Below the pieces are notes generated by a model. It did not search any database and was not told the origin of the DNA. It saw only the letters and a list, made by a program, of their open reading frames with translations. The position numbers and the translations under genes were made by a program. A stretch of 64,000 bases of DNA, from positions 3,596,001 to 3,660,000 of the forward strand of contig OZ361258.1 of the NCBI GenBank assembly GCA_977018835.1. The letters are read 5' to 3'. Origin of the DNA: Minutocellus sp. GHC0000111. Lineage: Eukaryota. Of this stretch, positions 11,580 through 23,261 are shown in pieces; within the stretch, counting starts at the first letter, position 1, and every line of letters begins with the position of its first letter.

Positions 11580-12482
11580 CTATAGGTCTTCCTTTTGGGC
11601 TGCTTGTCCTTCTTGCTGCTGACGGTATTGGTTCTCCTCGCCGTTCTGCTTGAGCCGCCGGTACACCTTGAGCTCTTCCGGTGTCAGCGTCGCCGGATCC
11701 TGCTGCAACAGATACTCCCTCAGCGACGCCATGCCCGCCACCCTCTCGTCGCCCACCCGCGGCCGCACGTCGCCCGTCCCATCCAATCCCAGCTCCCTCC
11801 GATACCGCGCCACGTCCTCCTCGGCCCTCCGTCGCTTCTCCATGGCCAGCTTGCCGTAGTACGCGTCCCGATCCCGCGCGTCCTGCTCGAACGCGGCGTC
11901 GTAGGCGCGGTTCCTGGCCTCTTTGGTATCGTATTGGGGGTCCGTCGGCGCTGGAACGGCGTTGTAGAGGCCCCTATCGCGGTCGTTGCTGTTGGGCGAC
12001 GCGAACACCCTGCCGAGGTAGTCGGCCACACTGATGGGAGGCTCCGCTACTGCTGATGCGGTAAATAGCGTTGACGTTGATAGTGCGGGCAGATTGCTAC
12101 TTCGTGTACTGCGTGATATGTATGTAGTGCCCGTACCAATAACTGGATAGAAGCCAGTGCTGCTTTCGCCGTCCTCTGCCCCTGCAACGCGCGACAGGGA
12201 CAGCAGGCACAGGGCCGAAGCCGCCAGGCCATTCAAAACTTTTGACGCAGCGGGTGGAGAAGATACCGTTCGCTCCGAGTTTGGTTTCACTTCGCAAGCC
12301 GGCGTCGCCATATCAATAGAAAGCTGCCGCTGTTGGTGCCGCCGCCACTGCTGCAGCTTTCTTGCCCTCGCCAAACCGGCACATACACGTACACGAGGAG
12401 CCGGCACAATAAGCGACGTGGCCACATGGGGCAGCAGAGCAATCGAAGCTAGTGTTAACTCTAGAGTTAAGAGCCGAGCCAT
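11580..12482 (-). CDS. Probable plastid (thylakoid-lumen) hypothetical protein
   Basis: Signal peptide MARLLTLELTLASIALLPHVATS and a basic transit peptide. A second hydrophobic stretch ending in A-G-A (LAASALCLLSLSRVAGA-ED) is followed by a charged helical C-terminus. Confidence 0.6.
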   Translation of the reverse strand: MARLLTLELTLASIALLPHVATSLIVPAPRVRVCAGLARARKLQQWRRHQQRQLSIDMATPACEVKPNSERTVSSPPAASKVLNGLAASALCLLSLSRVAGAEDGESSTGFYPVIGTGTTYISRSTRSSNLPALSTSTLFTASAVAEPPISVADYLGRVFASPNSNDRDRGLYNAVPAPTDPQYDTKEARNRAYDAAFEQDARDRDAYYGKLAMEKRRRAEEDVARYRRELGLDGTGDVRPRVGDERVAGMASLREYLLQQDPATLTPEELKVYRRLKQNGEENQYRQQQEGQAAQKEDL

Positions 12483-12896
12483 ATTTTTCTGCTCAACTGC
12501 CAAGGAAGATCAAATCACGAGATACCTCGTGCCATTGTATTTGCTGCCTCTCTCTGGCGTGCGCCTGAACTGAGAGCTGTTTCTGTTTGCGAGCCGCCCT
12601 GGCGAGCTGGCGAGCGCCTGCAAGACGTCTCATTTTCCTGCGATTTCACAGCACCATCTGCCAGCCGGATGACTCGCATACTTTTGGTCGCACTTTCGGT
12701 GGCCGGCCGGCGCGCGAAGCAACCGACCGGCGCGCCCAACGCGAGCCACCACGGCGGCAAAAATTCAAATTGCCGCCGCTACGTGCAGAACGAAGGCGAT
12801 ATCTCGCGCTGGTGTGGGAGAATTATGGCACGAGACCAACCAGGTACTCCCGACATCCTGGTGATATTCCCGTTGGTCTCGATCCACAATTCTCCA

Positions 12897-15642
12897 TGAG
12901 CAAAAAAAATGACGGCCGCAATCCCGCGGTCAACACCGCAGACAGAGTTGCGGTGCTGCAGGACGCCCTGGCTGAACTGCTCGTCCGTCTTCGCAGAAAG
13001 GAACTTCATTACTACAATTTCATCGGCAACAACAACGACTCCTTGATGAATGTGTTGGGATGCAGTCCCATCATGTGCGGCGCCGTCATGTGCACTGCGG
13101 GCATCTTGGGTTTGAAGAAGAAGAAACACGAAGACTGACTGCAATGTGTGTTTTTTGTGAGGACAGACAACCAGAATGGATGGGATGAAATGGTGTCAAG
13201 ACACTGCCTTGCCGACGACGTTCAGCGAACCCCATGCAAAAAGAGCATGTTTGTTCGCCTCGGTTCTGTCAATCCTCGTGCAGCCGACGCTCTCTCCATG
13301 ATGATGGATGGATGGCTTTCGACATGGTCACGGTCGAGCAACAATTTCGCCTCGAAATGCCGCCGCCGCGGCTCAATTTGACGAAGGCATGTGGTGCATT
13401 CCTCAAGTCGGTCGCACCACATGCATCGGTGGGACATGCGGCGATGGACTACGAAATCAACAGGCAGATGTTGCTCGAGGCCCAGAAGTTCCCTGGTGGG
13501 CACAATGGCCAGGACGATGGGTGGGACAATGACGACGATGTTGGGACGGTGGGCACCCTGACCACGACGGAGGCCGGCGAGATCAGTGAGGACGATGACG
13601 ACGAAGACGAGGACTGTGTGCCCTGTTGTGAGGACGAAGCTGATGTTGCAAGAGAGGACGCTGCACATGAAGCATGCATGCAGCAGCACTTTGAGAAGAA
13701 GAATCGTCAGAAGCACGGTGATGGCGAGAGAGCCAGAGATGGGAGCTGTCGATGATGCCGAGGATGACGATGCCCCTCACTTCCATTTCCTGAAAAAGGC
13801 CGGCATTGAGGCGGCCGACTCAGGTAAAATAAGGGCAGTGCTGGCAGAATGCTGGAGAGCTTTATCTGTTAACATTTCTGATGGCAACAACAAAAGAAGA
13901 AACCAAGGACAACAGAGTTCATCCACCACAACACCTCCACCAAAGGAACTCTCCTAGAGCACAATCGCGAGGAAGATGGCATGACGGATGACGACATCAA
14001 AGAGCTCTGCAAAGCTTGCTCTAATTTGCTCCACACTCTTGACGCAACACATTCCAGGTTTCATGGCTGAACTGCTCGTCCGTCTTCGCAGAAAGGAACT
14101 TCATCACTGCAATTTCATCGGCAACAACAACGACTCCTTGATGAATGTGTTGGGATGCAGTCCCATCATGTACGGCGCCGTCATGTGCACTGCGGGCATC
14201 TTGGGTTTGAAGAAGAAGAAACACGAAGACCACGCACGATGTGTTTTTTTGTGAGGACAGACAACCAGAATGGATGGGATGAAATGGTGTCAAGACACTG
14301 CCTTGCCGACGACGTTCGTTCAGCGAACCCCATGCAAAAAGAGCATGTTTGTTCGCCTCGGTTCTATCAATCCTCGTGCAGCCGACGCTCTCCATGTGAT
14401 GATGGATGGACATGGCTTTCGACATGGTCACGGTCGAGCAACAATTTCGCCTCGAAATGCCGCCGCCGCGGCTCAATTTGACGAAGGCATGTGGTGCATT
14501 CCTCAAGTCGGTCGCACCACATGCATCGGTGGGACATGCGGCGATGGACTACGAAATCAACAGGCAGATGTTGCTCGAGGCCCAGAAGTTCCCTGGTGGG
14601 CACAATGGCCAGGACGATGGGTGGGACAATGACGACGATGTTGGGACGGTGGGCACCCTGACCACGACGGAGGCCGGCGAGATCAGTGAGGACGATGACG
14701 ACGAAGACGAGGACTATGTGCCCTGTTATGAGGACGAAGCTGACATTGCAAGAGAGGACGCTACACATGAAGCACACATGCAGCAGCACTTTGAGAAGAA
14801 TCGTCAGAAGCACGGTGATGGCGAGAGAGCCAGAGATGGGAGCTGTCGATGATGCCGAGGATGACGATGCCCCTCACTTCCATTTCCTGAAAAAGGCCGG
14901 CATTGAGGCGGCCGACTCAGGTAAAATAAGGGCAGTGCTGGCAGAATGCTGGAGAGCTTTATTTGTCCATTAACATTTCTGATGGCAACAACAACAAGAA
15001 ACCAAGGACAATGGAGTTCATCCACCATGACACCTCCACCAAAGGAACTCTCCTAGAGCACAATCGCGAGGAAGATGGCATGACGGATGACGACATCAAA
15101 GAGTCTGCAAAGCTTGCTCTAATTTGCTCCACACTCTTGACGCAACACATTCCAGGTTTCTGAAATGGTGCATGAAATGGGATGATGAGGCAAAGAACGC
15201 TGTGAGAGAGCTTGAAGCATTGATTGCAAGTGCCCTCAAGCAAGCACGGGCAATCGGTGTTAGCACAACGCCCAAGTGGCACTTGCTCGAAGATCACATC
15301 TTGGACCAACACATTTGGCTAGTGAAGAATGGATGGGGCGGCATCTGTTGGCTCGACGAATCGTTTGTAGAGCGAGCCCACCAAGAGGGCGTTAAGGAAG
15401 ATCGTCGGACTCAGGGCGTCAAGGGATATGAGGCCCAACAGACGGCGCAGTTCAAGGCTGAGGAGAGGGCATCCAATCCAAAGGTCGAGGAGAGGCGGGA
15501 GCGAAACTCTCGGGTGGCAAGAACAAGGAAAAGGACAAGGACCGAAGCTGTTAAAGCAGAAACTGATGACAAGCGCCAACAAATGATCATGATGGCCACC
15601 GATGGAGATGAGGATGTAGAGATGGGAGCAGGGCATGTATAA
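12897..15642 (+). mobile_element. Degenerate, internally deleted DNA-transposon relic (Chapaev/Transib-like DDE transposase C-terminus)
   Basis: 15124-15642 encodes TPKWHLLEDH...GGICWLDESFVERAHQ, similar to the PKxHxLxxH...E motif around the catalytic Glu of CMC/Transib-type transposases. Upstream frames are broken and the first two catalytic Asp regions are not visible. Element ends were not resolved. Confidence 0.6.
12969..15160 (+). repeat. Direct tandem duplication, 2 x ~1.1 kb (12969-14063 and 14064-15160)
   Basis: Both units start tggctgaactgctcgtccgtcttcgcagaaaggaac and end gacgcaacacattccaggtttc. They are near-identical, with scattered substitutions and small indels. Confidence 0.95.
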
Positions 15643-16588
15643 AATTAGAAAATGAAATTACACTGCTACTGCACAATGACAAATGAATTGCACAATCCAA
15701 CTCTTACAAACAGTGTCGCGATTGAGCAAAAAAGTAAACAGCACACCCAAACAAACACATCACGTCCTTCTTAACTCACCCATTTATCTCCCAGACCAAA
15801 AAGTCCCTTTGTCGGGTTGATTGTTGCATAAACTTATCCCAATGCTATCTGTCTCTCCTCGGGCGCAAAATTATTGCGGAATTCCGGGAGGTCGAGTGGG
15901 GATGCGATCGGTCGGGATCAGCGAGAGTCGGTCATACGGGGGGTGCGGCGCAATCCCGGCAGTTTATCATCAACAACAACGTGGGAAAGTACCAGAGGGT
16001 CTGGGGCATCACAACGGGAGCACGACGAGCACAAAGACGGAGCAATGGTGCCACCCCAGAGAAACGAACGAACGGCCGACAGATGGAGGAAAAGTAGGCC
16101 GATGGTTCGTGGCGTTGATACGCAGCGGAGGCCAATCTGAGGATACAGTAAGCTTCAACTATATCCAAACATGATAATGAATGCGTATTTGGTACGAAAA
16201 TATAGTTATACGCCGGCGCAACGCCGACGGACCACCATGGTGTTGGACGGTCAAAGAATGGGTGACGAACGAGATTGGGTTTTGGTGGGTTTCTTCGTGA
16301 CGTGTTCGTCTTCTGCCGAAAAACGCTTCATCCGACCGGCGAAACAAGACGAGATGGCTGGGGCTGTGAAGTGTCCTCCGGCTGTCATCATGACTGCATC
16401 CGTGCCGTGCCGTGCCTCCATGCAGGCGCATAGAGCCAAGGTACTACTAGTACGACCGCCTCCCCACCATCTTCATGCGAAGATACTAGCTAGATAGGAA
16501 TTCCTAGCTAGCTAGTAGCTAGCAGGTGTACAAAACACTGCATTGCACTAATATTCATCTCATCTCAAAGCATAACTAATCCATCAAC

Positions 16589-17683
16589 ATGTCCTCTTCG
16601 GCGACAGACGACGACGACGACGACGTCAAGGTCGTCCTCGAGCAGACCCTCCTCACCTGCCCCTAAGTATTTGTATACCGCATCCCCCCCATGATTACGA
16701 GCGGCGGCCATCGGGCCGAGGATTGGAACCTGGCCAACCCCCTCGCCACGTGCAGCCTCGTCGTCATGCGGCGCGACGATGCCTGCCTCCTCCGCCTCCT
16801 GACCGACCGGCCCAAGAAGGACGGTCCGCCCGGCGCCACCGAACCCCACCTGTTTGCCAAGTGCTGCATCGAGCTCGATTTCACCAACCCGACCAAGAAG
16901 ATGGAGCACTGGGTCGAGGCCGTGGTGGATTCCAGCCGCTACTCCGTCGTGCGGATCAGCGACGAGCGGACCGGACGGGAGGCGCACGTCGGCATGGGCT
17001 TCCGGGAGCGGTCCGACGCCGTCAACTTCAAGATGAGTTTGCAGGAGTACGAGAACGCCCTGCGGAGGGAGCGCAGGGCCGAGGCGATGCACGAGGAGTA
17101 CGAGCGGAGTCACCCGGCCGATGGTGGTGGAAGTGGAAGTGGAGGTGCAGCGGCAACAGCAGCAGATGGCAGTGCCACGCCACCGGGAGGAGATGCGCTC
17201 ACCCCACCGTCGAGTGCTGGTGGTCCCTCGACTCTTCCGGCCATTAGCAAACTGACACTCAAGGAGGGAGAGAAGATACACGTCAAGATCAAGGGCGTGA
17301 CGGATAAGGACCATGGCACTGGAGGCGGTGGCGGTGGTGGACTGCGAAAGTCCACGGCCCTTGGTCTGAGCGGGCGAAAGGCACCCCCGGCGGGGGCTTT
17401 GGTGGGCAAGGGGGGGCTGCTGCTGAAGAAGCCACCGTCCGATCGGCATATTGCACCTGCGCCTGCATCTGCGTCTGATGATAGCAAAGCAACAACAACT
17501 ACAACAGCATCGTCGTCGGCAACGTCCACGACGAGTAGCAGTGGTACCAGCACTCCCGAAGAATCATGCTCGAATGAGCCTCGGCCGCCGCCGGCGGCAG
17601 TGGCGGCGGCAGCAGGAGGAGAAGGAGGTGGTGACGGTAGTGATGATGACGATGATGAGTTTGGCGACTTCGAGGAGGCCTAA
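16589..17683 (+). pseudogene. NECAP: NECAP (adaptin ear-binding coat-associated protein, PHear domain) with an in-frame TAA at codon 26
   Basis: MSSSATDDDDDDVKVVLEQTLLTCP*VFVYRIPPMITSGGHRAEDW...VEAVVDSSRYSVVRI...GMGFRERSDAVNFKMSLQE...LKEGEKIHVKI...EFGDF. The TAA is at 16664-16666. Confidence 0.9.
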
Positions 17684-18121
17684 CTACGCCTGGGTAGCAC
17701 TTAACAACAAGTAGCAATGGGTACTTGACTTGTGAATTGAGCACATGTTTTCACATGTGGAACCTTACCGCGAGACATACATGTACGTAGACATCTACCG
17801 GTACAGTGTATGATGATTTCTCACATGGCATATCCACTTGAATTGAATTGTACAAATTTTTGTTACTATTATTATATAAGCTTTTCAGACCGTCGTCGCT
17901 CTGTCTCTGTTATTGACCCTTGGATGGTTCCTTGGGCCAACCATGCGTTTAGGTTCTGTCACGTCCGACTTCCGACCTCGTCCTATCCGACAATAATTCC
18001 GATGATGTGCCCGACTCTGCCGGCCAGGCAGCCAAAAGGTCCTTATTCCCGATGCATTCCACATTTCCTCCTCCTCTCAATCATCCTTCCGTTTGATAGT
18101 ATCATCATGCTTTTTCCTCTT

Positions 18122-18493
18122 TTAATGAGCATCCTTCTGCTGGTACTTGAGTCCGCAGTAGATGCAGGCGACGGGCTTGCCGCCGTTGCTGCTGACCTTG
18201 ATGTACTCGAGGGGGTGGCCCAGGACGCCCCCGCCTCCGTCGCACACGGCCATGTCGCCCTCCACCATAATGACGGGCTGCTTCTCGATGAGCTCGAGGG
18301 CGTTGGACCGGTGCTTGCCCTTGGCGTACGGGGCGTCGGTCTGGGAGATCACGTACTTGGACTTGGTGGGGTCGATTTCGCCGCTCGAGGAGAGGGGACG
18401 GACGCTGCCGGCGGCGACGCGGATGCCGGAAATTCGGGACGCGCTCCGGGGAGCGGCCCGGCACAGGGCCGTTACGAGGCGGGCGGTGGACAT
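18122..18493 (-). CDS. NDUFS6: Mitochondrial complex I zinc-finger subunit NDUFS6 (zf-CHCC)
   Basis: Mitochondrial-type presequence MSTARLVTALCRAAPRS, then ALELIEKQPVIMVEGDMAVCDGGGGVLGHPLEYI...CIYCGLKY. Confidence 0.9.
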   Translation of the reverse strand: MSTARLVTALCRAAPRSASRISGIRVAAGSVRPLSSSGEIDPTKSKYVISQTDAPYAKGKHRSNALELIEKQPVIMVEGDMAVCDGGGGVLGHPLEYIKVSSNGGKPVACIYCGLKYQQKDAH

Positions 18494-18681
18494 GGCTGGC
18501 TCAGGTGCACGGACGAGCGCAAGCAAGACAATGGAACACTCGAAGACGGTACGATACGACGGTACAACGAACGCCGCTCCAAAAAAAAATGACCTGTCGC
18601 CTCGTTTTCCTCGTCTAAAGGCTTCATGTACTTTCTGCATTTTCTCGTCACCACAAAATGCTAACTAAAACGAGCACCAAG

Positions 18682-20687
18682 ATGGCGCCCCTTCTGCGAC
18701 GGAGGCGCATCGCCTTGTGCCTAAAGGCATCCGCGTTGGCGGTGGTCGGTGGGTCGGCGGCGTCGTCATGCGTCGTTTCTGCGTTCGGCACAAGCCCCGT
18801 CGTGCCCAAATGTGGCAGTATCTCATCTCCGGCGTCTGCGTCTGTTTCTTCTTCGGTATCACCACGTCATTCGTTACCTCGCTGCAAGGGTAGTCGCAGG
18901 GGGACAATGATAATACACCACGCATCTCAACGGCGCATCACAAGACTCTTGGCGAGCACCGAGGAAGACCTGGCATCTCCATCAGCAGCAACACCATTGT
19001 CGCAAGCGTCGCTGATCGAGGAAAACAACAACAGCAACACCAATGTCGATTCGACACCGATCACCGCATTTGGTGGTTTGCAGGAAAGGTTGTTCCTGGG
19101 CATCGAACCCACCCCGGAAATTCTTGCCATCATGACCATCTACTTCGTGGAGGGGGCGCTCGGCTTGGCCCGGTTGGCACAGACATTTCTTCTCAAGGAT
19201 ACATTGCATCTTGGCCCTGCCGAAATGGCAGCATTGACAGGTCTTTTCACCCTGCCCTGGTGAGTTATCGCTATCAAATATGGAGTATGCGTGTCTCCCG
19301 GTAGCTGTACCAATCTAACATACTTGTTCGGCACTGCACTCTTTCTGCATGAATAAATCAAAACAGGACCGTAAAACCAATATATGGCTTCATTAGTGAT
19401 GGCTTCCCCCTCTTTGGCTACCGACGCAGGTCGTATCTCATCGTGGCCGGGTTGGTGGGTTGTCTCAGCTACACGGCGCTTGGTGCCGACTTTTGGCACA
19501 TGCTGGAACCATACTCCGCCGCCACCGCCGCCACATCGTCCGAGGCTGCTGCTGATGCTGCGGCTGCGGGCGTTGCGTCCATGGGGTGGCTGGGCGGTCG
19601 CGTAAACGATTTGCAGGGGACCATTGCGGCGCTCATCCTCAGCTCGGCGTGCATCGCCTTCTCCGACGTCGTCGCCGATGGCATCGTCGTGCAGAAAACA
19701 CGCGAATCGGACGATCCCAAGGTCGCCGGTGGACTGCAGAGCTTGTGTTGGGGAAGTGCGGCCTTGGGTGGGCTGCTTAGTGCCTACTTTAGCGGGTCGT
19801 TATTGGAAGTCATGGGACCAAGAGAAGTGTTTCAAATCACTGCTGTACTACCGCTGTTGGTTGCGACGATTGCGCTCTTTGTAGACGAAAAGCCAGTGTG
19901 GGAACAGAAGAAATTAAATGCCGCAACTGATATCAATGGATCGGAATCAACACAACCCGAGGGAATCAAGGAGCAAGCGACAGCGTTGTGGTCAGCAATC
20001 AAACAACCTGCGATCTGGAGGCCAGCATTGTTTTTATTCCTGTGGCAATCAACTCCCACAGGAGACTCGGCGATGCTCTATTTTATGACAAATCACCTGG
20101 GATTTGGTCCTGAGTTCTTAGGAAGGGCCAGACTTATCAGTGCTGCTTCGACTCTGGTGGGTGTGTGGGGCTATCAGAAATTTTTGAGGAGTGTGCCGAT
20201 CAAGGACATTTTGTTCTGGACTACAATCGCATCGGCACCATTAGGAATGATTCAGTTGCTACTAATCACTCATGTGAATCGAGATATTGGTATCCCGGAC
20301 GGAGCTTTTATATTGGGAGACGATGTCGTTTTATCGATATTGGGCGAATTTGCATTCCTTCCTACTTTAGTGTTGGCGGCAAGACTTTGCCCGCCAGGTG
20401 TCGAGGCGGTGCTTTTTGCCACGCTCATGAGCATCTTCAATGGCGCGTCTACCGTTGGCACAGAAGTCGGTGCAGCACTGACCAAATATCTTGAAATTAC
20501 GGAAAGCAATTTTGATAACTTGGCCCTGCTCAATGTGATTTGCAGCCTCTCGTGTCTGTATCCTCTCTTGTTCATTGGCTGGCTCGACGATGTCGGCGGC
20601 AAGTCGGAGGAGGAACAGGGAGAGGTCAGCGAGATCGTTCTGGATGTTCCGAGCGGCACCGTTGATTCTACGAATGGAGAGCGTTAG
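18682..20687 (+). CDS. Plastid-targeted folate-biopterin transporter (BT1/FBT family, MFS); 1 intron
   Basis: Bipartite presequence (...CVVSA-F). Intron 19260-19366 (GTGAGT...AACAG) restores LPW-TVKPIYGFISDG. Motifs FSDVVADGIVV, GGLQSLCWG and LAARLCPPGVEAVLFATLMSIFN. Confidence 0.92.
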
Positions 20688-21086
20688 TTTACATATAAAA
20701 GGCACGTGCTTCAGATAAAGTAGAGCCTCTACAGTATCATCGCATAATCTAGTAACGGTGCATTTAGACTAGTTTCCGTGGTGTGGCCCCCTCTGACCAC
20801 TGTCGGCTCATCTGTTCCGGGGTATTCAGACAGGCAGACGACCCGCCAAACGCTCGAAAAACTTTTGTCGAGGAGGCATCAGAATTTAGTGCTCATTCTA
20901 TCTACCCTAACACCAACAATTCTCGCAGAATCATCAATCCTTTCGCTCGCCTAATCATCCGAATTCCATGCTCGAACAACTCTTCTTTTGAAGACGCTGG
21001 CTGATCAAGGCTACTTTCTAACTTCGTCCCTTCGCTTTCGAGTTGCGACGGCATCGCTCCCAAGTTCCGCTTCCCATCACCTGACC

Positions 21087-23199
21087 ATGAGGTTTTTGAC
21101 ATCATCCAGAATTTCTCGGTCCATGGCAGCATCGCTAACAAGATCCGTATCCCATCAGCACAATAGGGTTTTGACAACATGCAGAATTTCTCGGCACGTG
21201 CCGGTATCAATGAAATATTTTTCTGCCGTTCCAAATTTCGATAACTCTCCCCATCAGACACGTGCCATTTTAGACAACGTTGTTGACAAGGAAGAATTCC
21301 AGGCGTCAATGGAGCAGAACGATATCCTTGTCAACCAGCTCAATGATCGTCTTGCGCAGATGCGTCTTGGTGGTGGGAGCAGGGCTGTCGAGCGCCATCG
21401 CTCTCGCAACAAGATGCTGCCCCGAGAGCGGATTGATCATCTCGTGGATGCCGGAACGCCCTTCCTTGAGTTATCGGCGCTGGCGGGAATGTACAACTGG
21501 GATGATGGTGATGGCAACGACAATGATTCTGATGGCGGTGGCGAGATCAACGTCCCATCAGGTGGCATCGTTACTGGCATTGGCATTGTTTCCGGCACGC
21601 CCTGTATGATCGTCGCCAACGACGCCACGACAAAGGGTGGAACGTACTTTCCTGTGACTGTGAAGAAGCACCTTCGGGCTCAAGAGGTTGCCATGCAGAA
21701 CGACTTGCCGTGCATATACCTTGTTGACAGTGGCGGGGCGTACCTTCCCAAACAGGCAGACGTGTTTCCAGACCGTGAGCATTTTGGCAGGATCTTTTAT
21801 AACCAGGCCCGAATGTCAGCTCAGAACATCCCCCAAATCGCAGTTGTTTGCGGATCGTGTACCGCAGGAGGAGCATATGGTAAGTCGAATCGCGAAAAAG
21901 CGATTGAGCAGTTTGCCGATGGCATCCCATCGCTCTCTTGATATTCCCATTTATATCTCATTTATGTGAAGCTAATGTCAATTCTCCAACCAAATCTATT
22001 TTCTCAGTTCCTGCAATGTCCGACGAGACCATAATGGTCAGAGGAAATGGCACAATCTTCCTCGGTGGCCCTCCCCTTGTGCAGGCGGCTACTGGCGAAG
22101 TTGTCACGGCAGAAGAGCTGGGAGGTGCATCGGTTCACTGTGAAACTTCAGCAGTAGCTGACCATCTTGCCGAGAACGAGCCAGGTGCTCTGCGCATCAC
22201 TCGCAATATTGTAGCAAATCTGAATAGAAGAGAGCTCCCAGGTTCGGCATTCAGTGCAGAAGCTTTGCAGGGAGTTGGGACCAGCTGGGAAGAACCATTG
22301 TTTGATCCTTCCCAGTTGGGTGGCATTCTCCCCATTGATCCCAAGAAGCCATTCGACGTGCGCCGCATCCTGGCGAGAATTTTGGATGGATCCAGATTTG
22401 CCGAGTTCAAGAAATCATATGGTACGACGATTGTGACTGGGTTTGGAGAGATTTATGGACAGCAGTGTGGCATCATTGCCAATAACGGCATTCTATTCAG
22501 CGAAAGTGCCCTCAAGGCAGCGCACTTTGTGGAGCTTTGCAGTCAGCGAGGCGTGCCGATCCTGTTCCTTCAGGTAAGATCTTTATTTTATTTCTGGCGA
22601 GTTTGCGTAACCCTACGAGAGCTCTGAAAACTCTAGGAGTTGACATGGAACACCTTTCATTCATACCTATATATATCATTCTTCTCGTTAATACTTTTTG
22701 CTGACAGGACATCGCCGGGTTTATGGTGGGCAAGAAGTATGAGCACGAGGGAATAGCCAAGAATGGAGCCAAGCTTGTGAATGCCGTTGCGACTGCGAAT
22801 GTCCCCAAGATCACTCTCATTTTACGAGGTAGTTTTGGTGCCGGTAACTATGGAATGTGTGGTCGAGCTTACAGTCCTCGGTTTCTCTACATGTGGCCTG
22901 GTGCGAAGATTGGGGTGATGGGAGGTGAGCAAGCCGCCGGGGTATTGGCCACAGTGCAACGGAATGGAATTGAATCTAGGGGGGATTCCTGGTCGCAAGA
23001 GGAGGAGGCCCAGTTTCGTCGTCCGATCCAAGAGAAATATGATCGGGAATCTTCGGCGTACTTTTCCAGCGCTCGGCTATGGGATGATGGCATCATCGAT
23101 CCAGCCGACACTCGAGTCGTTCTGGGATGTTCTCTCGCGGTGGCCAGGAGGGTTGGATGTGAACCTAACGAATCCAAGCACGGTGTTTTTAGGATGTGA
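21087..23199 (+). CDS. MCCC2: 3-methylcrotonyl-CoA carboxylase beta subunit, mitochondrial; 2 introns
   Basis: Motifs [70 protein letters not shown] and [13 protein letters not shown]...GVFRM*. Introns at 21880-22007 and 22574-22707. Confidence 0.95.
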
Positions 23200-23261
23200 G
23201 ATATTACATGTAATAAAATATAGATCTAGCATACACAATGATGATGAGTGAGTACCTACTG

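Noticed and set aside
12690..12860. Possible left TIR of the 13-15 kb element (local hairpin cggcggcaa...ttgccgccg)
   Set aside because: No convincing reverse-complement partner was found near 15800-15900.
15890..16500. Coding-like fragment (QFIINNNVGKYQRVWGITT) and short ORFs
   Set aside because: No start, no recognisable family, and too short to call.
17870..18120. Possible structured RNA (SECIS or snoRNA) downstream of NDUFS6
   Set aside because: No convincing box or quartet pattern, and NDUFS6 has no in-frame TGA.
22700..22730. MCCC2 reads QDIAGFMVG where QNITGFMVG is usual; also possible Tyr->Cys changes elsewhere (DDNCRF, DLCE)
   Set aside because: Could reflect relaxed selection or A->G leakage, but cannot be separated from lineage variation without orthologues.
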